Source of the DNA: a virus
Taxonomy: Duplodnaviria; Caudoviricetes
Length of the DNA stretch: 64,000 nucleotides
Virus record (IMG/VR): IMGVR_UViG_2757320360_000002
Coordinates: 1,328 to 65,327 of that record
Reading direction: 5' to 3' (one strand)
The notes below the pieces were generated by a model that saw nothing but the letters and a program-made list of their open reading frames with translations, was not told the origin of the DNA and did not search any database. This document shows, in pieces, positions 45,168-53,531 of this stretch. Within the stretch, counting starts at the first letter, position 1. Every line of letters begins with the position of its first letter. The translations under genes were made by a program, and so were the position numbers.

Positions 45168-45931
45168 AATGCCACCTCCGCCAGGACAGAATCGCGCCAT
45201 TTCACTTGCTGAATGGGCGTGCCGCTGGAGTGCGCCTTGCCCGTGTCCATCACGTAGGCGTGCTCCCGGCCCTTCTTCGTCGGCACCCAGTGCCCGGCGA
45301 TGTTCTCTTGCAAACCGGCCTGCACCAGCAGCTGGTTGAAGGCCTTTGCGCTCTTGACGAAGCGGCTGCCCAGTTCCGTAGGTGTGTAGTAAATCTCCTG
45401 GCTGGGCGTGGCCAGGTGCGTGCGCTCCATCAGCTGCAGCATGTTGACGCCGGTCAGGGCGGCCGTGCCCTGGTTTGCGCTGATGGCCGCAGCGTTCTTG
45501 TCGAGGCCGATCAGGCGAGCGATGCCGAAGATGGCGCGGAATTCCTTGGCGGGCGAAATTGCGCTGGCCTTGGGCGCGGTCGGCGCCTGGCCCGTGGCAA
45601 CGGAATGGAACGATTTATATACCTGAACTTCAAACTCAGGATCGATCCATGCCGCATAGCGCAGCACAATTAATTCCACGCCATAGCTCCCCTGCCTTGG
45701 GCCGCCACGAATCGTTTCGACCGATGCTATATTCGTAGCATCGCTCAAAATTTGTGCAAACGCCTCGACACCTGGGCTTTTGAGGAAATTCCCTGGGCGG
45801 TGCGAATCGGTTGCCTTGCCGCTTGCCATTGCGGCCTTGTGAAGGTCGTTGAGACAAAAGCGCCCAGCCTGATCGGTAGTGATCACCGTGTCTGCGATGT
45901 TGATGCTTTTCTGTTGTACAATTTGGTCCAT
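45164..45931 (-). CDS. KilA-N plus KilA-C/ANT antirepressor-type protein
   Basis: GRFCLNDLHKA..RPGNFL..GSYGVELIVLRYAAWIDPEFEV; YTPTELG..SAKAFNQLL..GLQ..WVPTKKG. Confidence 0.85.
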   Translation of the reverse strand: MDQIVQQKSINIADTVITTDQAGRFCLNDLHKAAMASGKATDSHRPGNFLKSPGVEAFAQILSDATNIASVETIRGGPRQGSYGVELIVLRYAAWIDPEFEVQVYKSFHSVATGQAPTAPKASAISPAKEFRAIFGIARLIGLDKNAAAISANQGTAALTGVNMLQLMERTHLATPSQEIYYTPTELGSRFVKSAKAFNQLLVQAGLQENIAGHWVPTKKGREHAYVMDTGKAHSSGTPIQQVKWRDSVLAEVAL

Positions 45932-45963
45932 AAATTCTTTCGCGGATTTATAGCGTTTCAAGG

Positions 45964-45989
45964 AAGCCCGCCTGCAAGCGGGCTTTTTT
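45964..45989 (+). terminator. Plus-strand intrinsic terminator inside the minus-strand early region
   Basis: AAGCCCGC-ctgcaa-GCGGGCTT followed by further Ts; T tract only on plus side. Confidence 0.75.
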
Positions 45990-46153
45990 CATTTCTGGCC
46001 TTGCAGTTCCCGCAGCATTGCTTCGTAGTGCTGGCGCGTGCGGACATGGCCTGGGTCGACCGGCAATTCGCGCTCGACGTGCTCTTGCTGCTGGGCGCCC
46101 TGCTCGGCCTGCGCCGGCGCGCCGCCTTCCCGCTGCATGGTCGTCCAGGTCAA
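45989..46153 (-). CDS. 54-aa hypothetical protein
   Basis: TTG overlaps upstream stop; read manually. Confidence 0.35.
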   Translation of the reverse strand: MTWTTMQREGGAPAQAEQGAQQQEHVERELPVDPGHVRTRQHYEAMLRELQGQK

Positions 46154-46413
46154 ACCGTCACCTCAGAGCGCGCGATGCGCTTGAGCTCGCTGATCGACAC
46201 GTCGAACACCTCGTGCATGCGGATCAACAGCGAGGCGCCGACCGGCAGGCGGCCGTGGCGAATCTTGGAGATCACCGGCGGCGCCACTTCCAGCGCGCGG
46301 GCCAGGGCGGCGTCGTTCTTTGGGCCCTTGGCCAGCAGCATGTCGAGCAATTCGTTGTTGCCGTGGGCGTCGTCCAGCGAACGGTACGGCTTGATTGCAG
46401 TTGTTTGCGTCAT
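46150..46413 (-). CDS. XRE-type HTH protein
   Basis: KNDAALARALEVAPPVISKIRHGRLPVGASLLIRMHE. Confidence 0.8.
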   Translation of the reverse strand: MTQTTAIKPYRSLDDAHGNNELLDMLLAKGPKNDAALARALEVAPPVISKIRHGRLPVGASLLIRMHEVFDVSISELKRIARSEVTV

Positions 46414-46489
46414 GTCATATTCCTAATTGATGGTGATTAAAGTGGCCGATTCCGGCCATGCGATGCTGTAGCTGTCGGGTGCGGGTTCG

Positions 46490-46705
46490 TTATGGCGGCT
46501 CGCGCCGCGGCACCTCATATTTCTTCGCCACCCTGTCGGTGGCATCGCGCCATTTCTGGCGCGCCTCCTTGTGCGCGGCCTTCGCCGCGCTCTCGCCCTC
46601 CCCGTCCTTGGCACCCTGCAGGTCCTTCTCGGCCTGGCGGTAGATCATCGAACGCTGGAAGATCAGCTCCTTCTCCTCGGCTGTGACCTCGGCTTGTTTA
46701 TTCAA
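46490..46705 (-). CDS. Hypothetical helical protein
   Basis: GGAGG RBS 6 nt before TTG 46705. Confidence 0.55.
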   Translation of the reverse strand: MNKQAEVTAEEKELIFQRSMIYRQAEKDLQGAKDGEGESAAKAAHKEARQKWRDATDRVAKKYEVPRREPP

Positions 46706-46722
46706 TAGCTGCCTCCATGCCG

Positions 46723-47013
46723 TTAAACCCGCATCCGCACGACGCGCGGGACGACGCCAAAGCACGGGCGCGGTGCCGGCACAATCTGGGCCCTGTTATT
46801 TATTGATTTGGGCCTAGCTCCGCTGGAAAACGGCGGCGTATCATTCCGTTTCGGCCTGGCGTCCAGGTGATTGCGGATGATTACGATCGTGCATTCGTTC
46901 AGCACATCGCTGACGCTCTTGCGCATCGCAGTGCACGCGGCTTGCAAGGCATCCTTGTTGTCGTCCGTGATGTAGCCCTTGACGAGCGCAGTGCGTTTTT
47001 GCTTCTGTTTCAT
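46723..47013 (-). CDS. Ribbon-helix-helix-like regulator in cII position
   Basis: RTALVKGYITDDNKDALQAAC..KSVSDVL; AGGAG RBS. Confidence 0.55.
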   Translation of the reverse strand: MKQKQKRTALVKGYITDDNKDALQAACTAMRKSVSDVLNECTIVIIRNHLDARPKRNDTPPFSSGARPKSINNRAQIVPAPRPCFGVVPRVVRMRV

Positions 47014-47217
47014 GGTTTTCTCCTGGTGGTCGGTGTTACAGGGTTTGGGTGCAGCGAAATACAGGTTGGTACTTGGTGCTGTTTTACGGTGGGCGCTCGC
47101 AGGCTGGCAATGCGCACTCCTCAAGCTGTACGCCGCGCGGCAACTGGTGCGGTTCGAGCAGAGGGATGCGCACGAAGTCATCCGCCGGGCGCGGCGGGGG
47201 AATTGGGATCACGCGGA

Positions 47218-47568
47218 TCATGGCTTGGCGCCCACGTCGATGCCGACGGCGGCCCGCGCAGGCACGGTGTCGGAGATGGCGTTGGTAGTCGGAGGCTGGC
47301 GGCCGACGTGGCCTGGCGCTGGGACCGAGTCAGTGGCGCGGCGAGGTGTGGACGCAGCAGCCAAGTCAGGCCAAATCTTGTGCCAGTCGTCAGGGCGCAG
47401 ATCTTTGCGGGAAACCTCCCCTGCGGTTGCCGTTTCGATAGCGAGGCAGTATTCGATGGGCACACTGCGCAAGCGCCAATTGCCGAGCCGTGCGGAGCTG
47501 ACGTCGATCTCCTTGGCCAAGGCTGAAAGGCCGCCGCACAACTGGATTGCTTTATCTAGTGGATTCAT
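47218..47568 (-). CDS. cro: Cro-like repressor (YdaS-type)
   Basis: GGLSALAKEIDVS..GNW..VP.EYCLAIE..GEVSRKDLRPDDW..IWP; divergent from cI. Confidence 0.85.
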   Translation of the reverse strand: MNPLDKAIQLCGGLSALAKEIDVSSARLGNWRLRSVPIEYCLAIETATAGEVSRKDLRPDDWHKIWPDLAAASTPRRATDSVPAPGHVGRQPPTTNAISDTVPARAAVGIDVGAKP

Positions 47569-47575
47569 GAAGATC

Positions 47576-47630
47576 ATATTACACGACTTGTGTATTTCGA
47601 TCAAACATTTTGTGTAACACACTCTGTGAA
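47576..47630. promoter_or_regulatory. OR region: pR (TTGATC-17-TAATAT, minus strand) and three ACAC-N5-GTGT operators
   Basis: tACACgacttGTGTa 47580-47594, AAACattttGTGT 47603-47615, ACACactctGTGA 47617-47629. Confidence 0.75.
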
Positions 47631-47647
47631 TGTTTAGCTATTCTTTG

Positions 47648-48337
47648 ATGATGAACAAAAAGGCAAACAATATTCCTTGGGAGCGCATTGAAGCGCGACT
47701 GGTGGAACTCCAAAAAGACCAGCAATGGCTGCGCGAAACGCTGGGCATTGCGCCCGCTGTATTGACGAACTGGAAATCACGCGGAGCGCCTGTTGGCAAA
47801 GCTGTGCCGGTGGCACGCGCCTTGGGTCTGACCACAGATCAGCTCTTGGGCCTCGACAGCTCATCCCATATTGCCGACGGCAGTCCCGTAACCGATGATG
47901 AAAGCATGGCACCTTCCACGGTCGCCATTCGCATGGTGCCAGAGCATGTGCGCGCCGGAATTACGGGCTTCGGAGCAGATCACATATTCGAGGACGGCGG
48001 CCACTTCCATATCCCGCGCCTTTGGCTGGAAGAGCGAGACTTGGCACCAGGCGCATTGCTGGCAATCAAAGTTAGGGGCGACAGCATGCGACCGCTGATG
48101 TTCGAGGGGGACGTAGTTGTCGTGAACGTCACTGACAAGAATCGGGTGAACGGCAGCGTATTTGCGCTGAATTTCAAGGGAGAGCCGGTCGTGAAGCGCC
48201 TCAAATATGAGCGCCGCGAGTGGTATCTAACATCTGAAAATCCAGACTTCCCGCAAGAGCCTTGTCGCCCTGGTGATTGCGACGTCATCGGTCGCGTCGT
48301 GCGCTTCGAGGCGCGCAATTTCAAGGATCGGCTATAA
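47648..48337 (+). CDS. cI: CI repressor (HTH plus S24 peptidase)
   Basis: HTH (LGIAPAVLTNWKSRG); V.GDSM.P and VVKRL autocleavage motifs. Confidence 0.92.
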   Translation: MMNKKANNIPWERIEARLVELQKDQQWLRETLGIAPAVLTNWKSRGAPVGKAVPVARALGLTTDQLLGLDSSSHIADGSPVTDDESMAPSTVAIRMVPEHVRAGITGFGADHIFEDGGHFHIPRLWLEERDLAPGALLAIKVRGDSMRPLMFEGDVVVVNVTDKNRVNGSVFALNFKGEPVVKRLKYERREWYLTSENPDFPQEPCRPGDCDVIGRVVRFEARNFKDRL

Positions 48338-48814
48338 ATGAAGGTCTTGATATTCGTCCTCGGCGCAATGCTTGCGCCGGTGGCCCACGCTGAGACTTGG
48401 CAATGCACGAACGTAGCATCTGGTCGCGTCTACACCGTCAGCCAGGCCGTGCCGGCCGACGCCTGCAAGCTGGTCAGCAGTACGAAGAATCCGCACTTCA
48501 CAGGCCCAGCAGTCAGTGAGCAGCCAGTTCCTGTATCCATGCGTACGCAACAGTCCTGCAACAAAGAAGCGGCTCAGGACGTACAGTTCGGCATCCGAGA
48601 ATTTGCCAAGTGGCACATCGAAGGCGATCACCTTGCCGTGCATTGGGTCTACGCAATCGAGAAGCAGCCTGAGGCGAAGCGCCTGCAGATGGTCACGACC
48701 TATGCGGATATGGATGCGTGCCTCGGTGGCGCTGCGCGGGAGATCATGTTCTACCGCAAAGGTAGGCTGATAGGGATTGCTTCGCCGGCGTCGGGTGTGA
48801 GGCTGATTAAATGA
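48338..48814 (+). CDS. Exported protein co-transcribed with cI
   Basis: Signal peptide MKVLIFVLGAMLAPVAHA; starts immediately after cI stop. Confidence 0.75.
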   Translation: MKVLIFVLGAMLAPVAHAETWQCTNVASGRVYTVSQAVPADACKLVSSTKNPHFTGPAVSEQPVPVSMRTQQSCNKEAAQDVQFGIREFAKWHIEGDHLAVHWVYAIEKQPEAKRLQMVTTYADMDACLGGAAREIMFYRKGRLIGIASPASGVRLIK

Positions 48815-48929
48815 TCTCTTAAAAATTGCATTAAATTCGTAGGTATGAGCATCTAACAATAGTGTAATCGCGATTTCAAGAAATTTAACAATTCTCAATT
48901 TCGCGTTGAGGAAATGGATCGGAACTTAT

Positions 48930-49247
48930 ATGAGCGAAGAAAAAAGTGGGCCAGCAGAATCTGGAAAGCTCAATTTTGCAGATGTTACTGAAGATGACTT
49001 CAAATTATTTTTACAAGAAAGAGTTAAAAGCCACGCTTGTCCTTCTTGTGGCACAAATGGCTGGGGAATTTTATCAGCGCCAAATATGAATTTTGGATTG
49101 ATCGCTCTTTCGAAGAGTGGGGCGTTTTCAATCCCGCCTCCAAACATTCCCACTATGGGGGTTGCTTGCAACAACTGTGGCTACATTCGTCAGCATGCAT
49201 TGGGCATCATCGTTCAGTGGAAGGCCGCCAAGAAAGTCGCCACATGA
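48930..49247 (+). CDS. Zinc-ribbon protein
   Basis: CPSC..CNNCG; AT-rich. Confidence 0.7.
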   Translation: MSEEKSGPAESGKLNFADVTEDDFKLFLQERVKSHACPSCGTNGWGILSAPNMNFGLIALSKSGAFSIPPPNIPTMGVACNNCGYIRQHALGIIVQWKAAKKVAT

Positions 49248-49843
49248 CATACACTGTACGGACAGATGAGATCCTTCGAACCATATACCAGAATCCTTCT
49301 TCAAATGATGTACACTTCGAAGAAACAGGGTTCCGACTGATTGACATTGAGGCAACCGCGAATCATGAGAAGAAAGACACTATGAGCGCGACAACAGATA
49401 AGGATTACATTGACGCCCGACTGAAAGCGATGAGCGACAGCCTCGATCAGCGGCTGGAGACGGCTGCGGCCAAGTCGGATGGAAGACTGGAAGTCATTGA
49501 GACTCGGATGGATGCCCGAATCGCTTCTCTGGACGTGAAACTTACCACTGGCATGGCGGCCATGGATGCCAAGTTCGATGCAAATTTCGCGCGCTTTGAG
49601 TCACTACTTCACAAAACGACGGCGGATATACATAAGGCCACCACGGATACTCTCTCAAGAGTCATCGCCATCGTGTCTGGCCTGGTTGGTGTTGGGATTG
49701 CCGTAATAGTGCTGGTAATTAACAATATGGCGCCGAAGCCCGCGTCAGTTGCGCCAGCGCCGGTCGTGATCTACGCACAGCCAGCGCCGCCGACGACTAC
49801 CGCCCCGCCTCAAGTGCTTCCGGCGCCTGCTGCCAAGCCCTGA
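49244..49843 (+). CDS. Coiled-coil protein with C-terminal TM and Pro-rich tail
   Basis: ATGA-coupled to zinc-ribbon gene; heptad region then VIAIVSGLVGVGIAVIVLVI. Confidence 0.7.
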   Translation: MTYTVRTDEILRTIYQNPSSNDVHFEETGFRLIDIEATANHEKKDTMSATTDKDYIDARLKAMSDSLDQRLETAAAKSDGRLEVIETRMDARIASLDVKLTTGMAAMDAKFDANFARFESLLHKTTADIHKATTDTLSRVIAIVSGLVGVGIAVIVLVINNMAPKPASVAPAPVVIYAQPAPPTTTAPPQVLPAPAAKP

Positions 49844-49848
49844 ATATC

Positions 49849-49872
49849 AGCCCGCCTCGCGCGGGCTTTTTT
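49849..49872 (+). terminator. Intrinsic terminator ending cI-cargo unit
   Basis: AGCCCGC-ctcgc-GCGGGCT plus T tract. Confidence 0.8.
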
Positions 49873-49971
49873 CCGCCTGTCACCGCAATTATTGAATATA
49901 TTTCCTATTGCTAATTTCACATATACTTGATGAGCGAAACGGCACGCCTCTATGCCGCACCAGGAATAAAA

Positions 49972-50259
49972 ATGAAAGCAATATTGGTTGCAGCACTGGC
50001 AGTTTCCCTAACTCTTTCCTTGCCAGCCTTCGCACGGGGTGGACATTCGGCCGGCCACGCAAGTCCATCTGGCCACAGCGCCAAAGCCGCAACTGGAACG
50101 GGTGCAAAAGCATCGCACGAACATGTCGGCGGCTATACAAAGAAAGATGGCACGGTCGTCAAAGGACATGACCGCTCGACCAAGGATGACACCTCGGCAA
50201 ATAACTGGTCGACGAAGGGCAATACCAATCCCGAGACTGGCAAGGCCGGGACGAAATGA
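49972..50259 (+). CDS. Small secreted protein
   Basis: Signal peptide; GYTKKDGT.V.GH.RS..NWSTKGNTNP.TGK.GT motif. Confidence 0.75.
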   Translation: MKAILVAALAVSLTLSLPAFARGGHSAGHASPSGHSAKAATGTGAKASHEHVGGYTKKDGTVVKGHDRSTKDDTSANNWSTKGNTNPETGKAGTK

Positions 50260-50420
50260 ACGCCCTTTTCCTTAGCTTCGCCTTGGCCGCCTCTGTCGCA
50301 TTGAGCGGCTGCGGCGGTGGCGGCATTGATGACAGCGACACCGTTACCTGCAAAGATGGATGGATTTCCCATTCAAAAGATAAGCAAGGTGCATGTTCCT
50401 CTCATGGCGGCGTGCGATAA
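50256..50420 (+). CDS. 54-aa lipoprotein (DUF3761-like)
   Basis: LSGC lipobox; CKDGWISHS..GACSSHGGV; ATGA-coupled; read manually. Confidence 0.7.
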   Translation: MNALFLSFALAASVALSGCGGGGIDDSDTVTCKDGWISHSKDKQGACSSHGGVR

Positions 50421-50525
50421 CTTTCTGTCGAATTTTCTTTAAGGCAGCCGCCGTGCGCGGGCTCATTAATGCCCTCGCATTCCCAATAACTTCCAAATTG
50501 GCAATATTCAAAGCATAATGCATAA

Positions 50526-50804
50526 ATGCAACTATGCGCCGCCATCATCAAGATTAAGCAAATCCAGTTGGCCGTGGTCCAGGTCGAGCCAGAACACACC
50601 TGGCCCAGCACTGGACCGGCCGCGCTGGTGCGTGCGCAACTGTTCTTCCCTACCCTCCCCATCCTGCTGCTATCGCAACGTGTCGGCGGCTTCTCCCGCA
50701 GCTACGCCACCTTCGATATTGGGCCGCTGATCAACCAGATCAACGCTGACGAGATCGAATGGCAAACCTACCGGCCGCCACCGCCACCCGAACTGCCCTT
50801 CTAA
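50526..50804 (+). CDS. Hypothetical protein
   Basis: 92-aa ORF followed by terminator. Confidence 0.6.
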   Translation: MQLCAAIIKIKQIQLAVVQVEPEHTWPSTGPAALVRAQLFFPTLPILLLSQRVGGFSRSYATFDIGPLINQINADEIEWQTYRPPPPPELPF

Positions 50805-50815
50805 GCAAACATACC

Positions 50816-50841
50816 AGCCTCGACGTTTCGAGGCTTTTTTT
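50816..50841 (+). terminator. Intrinsic terminator upstream of pL
   Basis: AGCCTCGA-cgtt-TCGAGGCT plus T tract. Confidence 0.8.
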
Positions 50842-50881
50842 CGTCCGTCAAATCCTATCGTCTCCCGACACAAAAAATAAT

Positions 50882-50923
50882 TACACAAACTGTTTGCTAT
50901 GAATACACAATATGTGTAATACT
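50882..50923 (+). promoter_or_regulatory. OL region: pL (TTGCTA..TAATACT) and two ACAC-N5-GTGT operators
   Basis: tACACaaactGTTT 50882-50895 and tACACaatatGTGTa 50904-50918, same consensus as OR. Confidence 0.72.
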
Positions 50924-50955
50924 TCATTCATCGAAAGCAAACACAGGAGTACGAC

Positions 50956-51138
50956 ATGTCCCGCACCCAAGCAATCGCACTGATCAAGGCCAATGCCGCC
51001 AAAGGTGACATCAAGGCATGCACGCGCCTCTTCGTGGAAAACCGCATCAGCCGTGCTGTGTATGACCAAGCTGTGGCCGACGGTCGCTCGCTGGGTGAAT
51101 TTGTTGCAAAGCGTGATGCAGCCCGGAGTGCAGCATGA
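50956..51138 (+). CDS. Early hypothetical protein, first gene after pL
   Basis: AGGAG RBS, 60 aa. Confidence 0.65.
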   Translation: MSRTQAIALIKANAAKGDIKACTRLFVENRISRAVYDQAVADGRSLGEFVAKRDAARSAA

Positions 51139-51229
51139 GCCCCGCCGAACTCGCAGCACTCGAAGCGGTCCTCGTCGCCCACGGCGAAGTGATCCCGGCA
51201 ATCGCAATCCCAGCGCGCGGCTAATCGCC

Positions 51230-51463
51230 ATGAGCGCCCGTGACGCCCTGCCCGGCCTGTTCACCGCCCCACCGGCGCGCGCAACGCTGCGCAAGTACAA
51301 CGTGTCGATCAAGTTTGAGGATGGGAATTTTAAGGCAACAGCCTGGGCAGGAAGTCCGAATCAGGCGCATGAGCTGGCGCGAGTAGATGCGCGTATGGCG
51401 TCTTGCACCGGCACGTTTTATGGCCGCGAGCTGGGCTGGTCTGCCGAGTTGGCAAAGGTTTAG
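51230..51463 (+). CDS. Early hypothetical protein
   Basis: MSARDALPGLF..; 77 aa. Confidence 0.55.
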   Translation: MSARDALPGLFTAPPARATLRKYNVSIKFEDGNFKATAWAGSPNQAHELARVDARMASCTGTFYGRELGWSAELAKV

Positions 51464-51608
51464 CGGTCGCCCGCGCCGTAGTTCAAGGCGGGACAGGCCG
51501 GCGGGCCGGATAAATGCCCTGTGGGATCAGCATGCCCCGATTGATCTTCGTGAGGATCAGGCGCCCGGGGAAGCCCGGCGCCGCAACCAACCTTGAAGGA
51601 AATACAGC

Positions 51609-51788
51609 ATGTCGAATTTCAATGAAAACCAGAAGGTGAATGTGAAAGGCACGAAGACCGACCCGGCAGCGCGCCCTGGCAAGTTCGTGCAGACGCACCC
51701 AGGCGCGCGCGGCGACTTCCTGGAAGTGCTGCTGGACGGCTCGACGCAAAGCCAGCGCTTCCGCCCTTCGCAGGTGTCGGCAGCCTAA
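51609..51788 (+). CDS. 59-aa hypothetical protein
   Basis: AAGGA RBS; MSNFNENQKVNVKG..; read manually. Confidence 0.6.
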   Translation: MSNFNENQKVNVKGTKTDPAARPGKFVQTHPGARGDFLEVLLDGSTQSQRFRPSQVSAA

Positions 51789-51790
51789 TT

Positions 51791-51991
51791 TCACCCCGGC
51801 CAGTCGCCCTGGCCCGTTTCGCCGGCGTAACCGGCGGCCAAGACATGACCATCGAATCTGCCGGGGTGATTGCCGAGCAGGTACGGCCAGATTAATCACC
51901 TGGTGTCGGCGTCCCACGAGGGATTCTCGATGGTCATGTGTTGGCGGCCCACCAGCCGCAGGAATCACACGCCCGACGGATTTTCTCGGGT
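51791..51991 (+). ncRNA. Candidate structured RNA in early operon
   Basis: 13-bp perfect stem ACATGACCATCGA/TCGATGGTCATGT enclosing further hairpins; alternative 10-bp pairing 51791-51800 with 51860-51869. Confidence 0.45.
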
Positions 51992-52024
51992 CGCCAGCAA
52001 CCAATTAACCAGAGGAGCAGAACA

Positions 52025-52339
52025 ATGAATTGCGACTGCGTCAAAAGAATCGAAACGAACCTGGCCAGCTCGCCATTCATCGTGGCCAAGGCCGGCAGCG
52101 ACATCCAAGTCGAATGCCAAGCCACCGGCTTTGCCATGACGGACGACATGGGGCTGCTCAGCACGATCAACATCCCGTTCCGCATCCGTGGCACAGGCAA
52201 GGGTTTCACAAGCGCCAAGGGCAAAGAAATGCCTTGCGTCGCCAGTCATTGCCCGTTCTGCGGCCGCACGACCGGGCGCTACGTGGTCGGCGAGGACGCC
52301 GGCATCGCAGCTGCAATGCACCCAGCAGGTGCAGCATGA
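52025..52339 (+). CDS. Cys-rich, probably zinc-binding protein
   Basis: CDC..HCPFCG; GAGGAG RBS. Confidence 0.7.
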   Translation: MNCDCVKRIETNLASSPFIVAKAGSDIQVECQATGFAMTDDMGLLSTINIPFRIRGTGKGFTSAKGKEMPCVASHCPFCGRTTGRYVVGEDAGIAAAMHPAGAA

Positions 52340-52467
52340 GCTACATCATCACCATCCGCACCGCCAGCACGGTGCACAGCTTCGCCGCCATCGGCAATCT
52401 GGCCGCGCTGATCGATGCCGCCTACGACGACGGCGCCCTGGGCGTCACGGCAATGGTGCGGCCATGA
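52336..52467 (+). CDS. 43-aa hypothetical protein
   Basis: ATGA-coupled at both ends. Confidence 0.55.
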   Translation: MSYIITIRTASTVHSFAAIGNLAALIDAAYDDGALGVTAMVRP

Positions 52468-53177
52468 TCGGCGCCATGCAAAAGGCGCTGATCGAGATTG
52501 GCATGCTCAAACCTCGCAGTGGCCCGGTCACGCCACAAAACCCATCGCGCCGCGCCGTGGCGCGTGTCAAGAACCCATTGCCAGCACCGACCGAATGCCC
52601 GAACTGCGGGGCACCCGTCGAGTTAATCAATAACAGCGCGATTTACGCCGGCCGCCAGTTTGGCGAGTGGCCCTGGGTCTACAAATGCACGTGCAAGGAA
52701 TGCGACAGCTACGTGGGCCTGCATCCTTTTACGGCAATCCCGCTGGGCACGCTCGCCGATGCGCGCTTGCGTCGAGCGCGGAAACAAGCAAAGGACGCGT
52801 TTAACCCCATGTGGCAAAGCGGCGAAATGACGCGGGATGCTGCTTACGCATGGCTGGCCGCCTCGCTGGGGATTGGCGACGTGAACGAGTGCCACATCGG
52901 CTGGTTCGATGTTGCGATGTGCGCCCGGGCAGTTGCGGTTTGCGATCCCGATGGAAGCGGAAAGCAAACCGTGGCCACCGACGATCTGCTGGCCCTTATC
53001 GCGAAGGTGCGCCAGATGCAGCGGAATTTTGAACTGTGCCTGACGAGCAAACAGGACGACTGGCTCGAAGACATTCTCGATAGCGCCGAATCTGGCGCGC
53101 CGCGAGTCTCCGCAAATGGCCGCAAGTTTTTGGAAACCTGCGCAAGCGGCTTTTACTCGGATGGAGTCGCGCCATGA
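52464..53177 (+). CDS. DUF3268-like zinc-finger protein
   Basis: CPNCG..C..CDSYVG.HP.T..PLGTLA..LR..R..CHIGWFD. Confidence 0.8.
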   Translation: MIGAMQKALIEIGMLKPRSGPVTPQNPSRRAVARVKNPLPAPTECPNCGAPVELINNSAIYAGRQFGEWPWVYKCTCKECDSYVGLHPFTAIPLGTLADARLRRARKQAKDAFNPMWQSGEMTRDAAYAWLAASLGIGDVNECHIGWFDVAMCARAVAVCDPDGSGKQTVATDDLLALIAKVRQMQRNFELCLTSKQDDWLEDILDSAESGAPRVSANGRKFLETCASGFYSDGVAP

Positions 53178-53419
53178 TCGCCCTCTTCCATCGCCTGCTG
53201 GCCGCCCACCGCCACTACCAGGCGCAGCACCAGCACAGCATGAACAAGATGCGCCTGGCCGGCGTGCGCCGCGAACTGGCCGGCCTCGAAGAAATGCGCA
53301 AGGAATTGATCACTGCACAGATCGAAGCGCTGATCGACCTGGACGCATCCGCCGCGCGCGTGCAGCGCCTGGGCCGCGCCCGCCGGGAGGCGCAGTGGAC
53401 GTCGTCAGCCAAGCCGTGA
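53174..53419 (+). CDS. Hypothetical coiled-coil protein
   Basis: ATGA-coupled; 81 aa. Confidence 0.6.
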   Translation: MIALFHRLLAAHRHYQAQHQHSMNKMRLAGVRRELAGLEEMRKELITAQIEALIDLDASAARVQRLGRARREAQWTSSAKP

Positions 53420-53531
53420 TCGACGTGGCCAGCCAGGCCCTGCGCAACTGGCATGCCGGCCACGCCATCGTCTACGCCGTCCGCCTGGCGCTGTTGAAGG
53501 CAGAAATCATAAAACTCACAAGGAAAAAGTC

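Noticed and set aside
48332-48898. 188-aa minus ORF under the 48338 gene
   Set aside because: In-register shadow with no minus-strand operon on either side.
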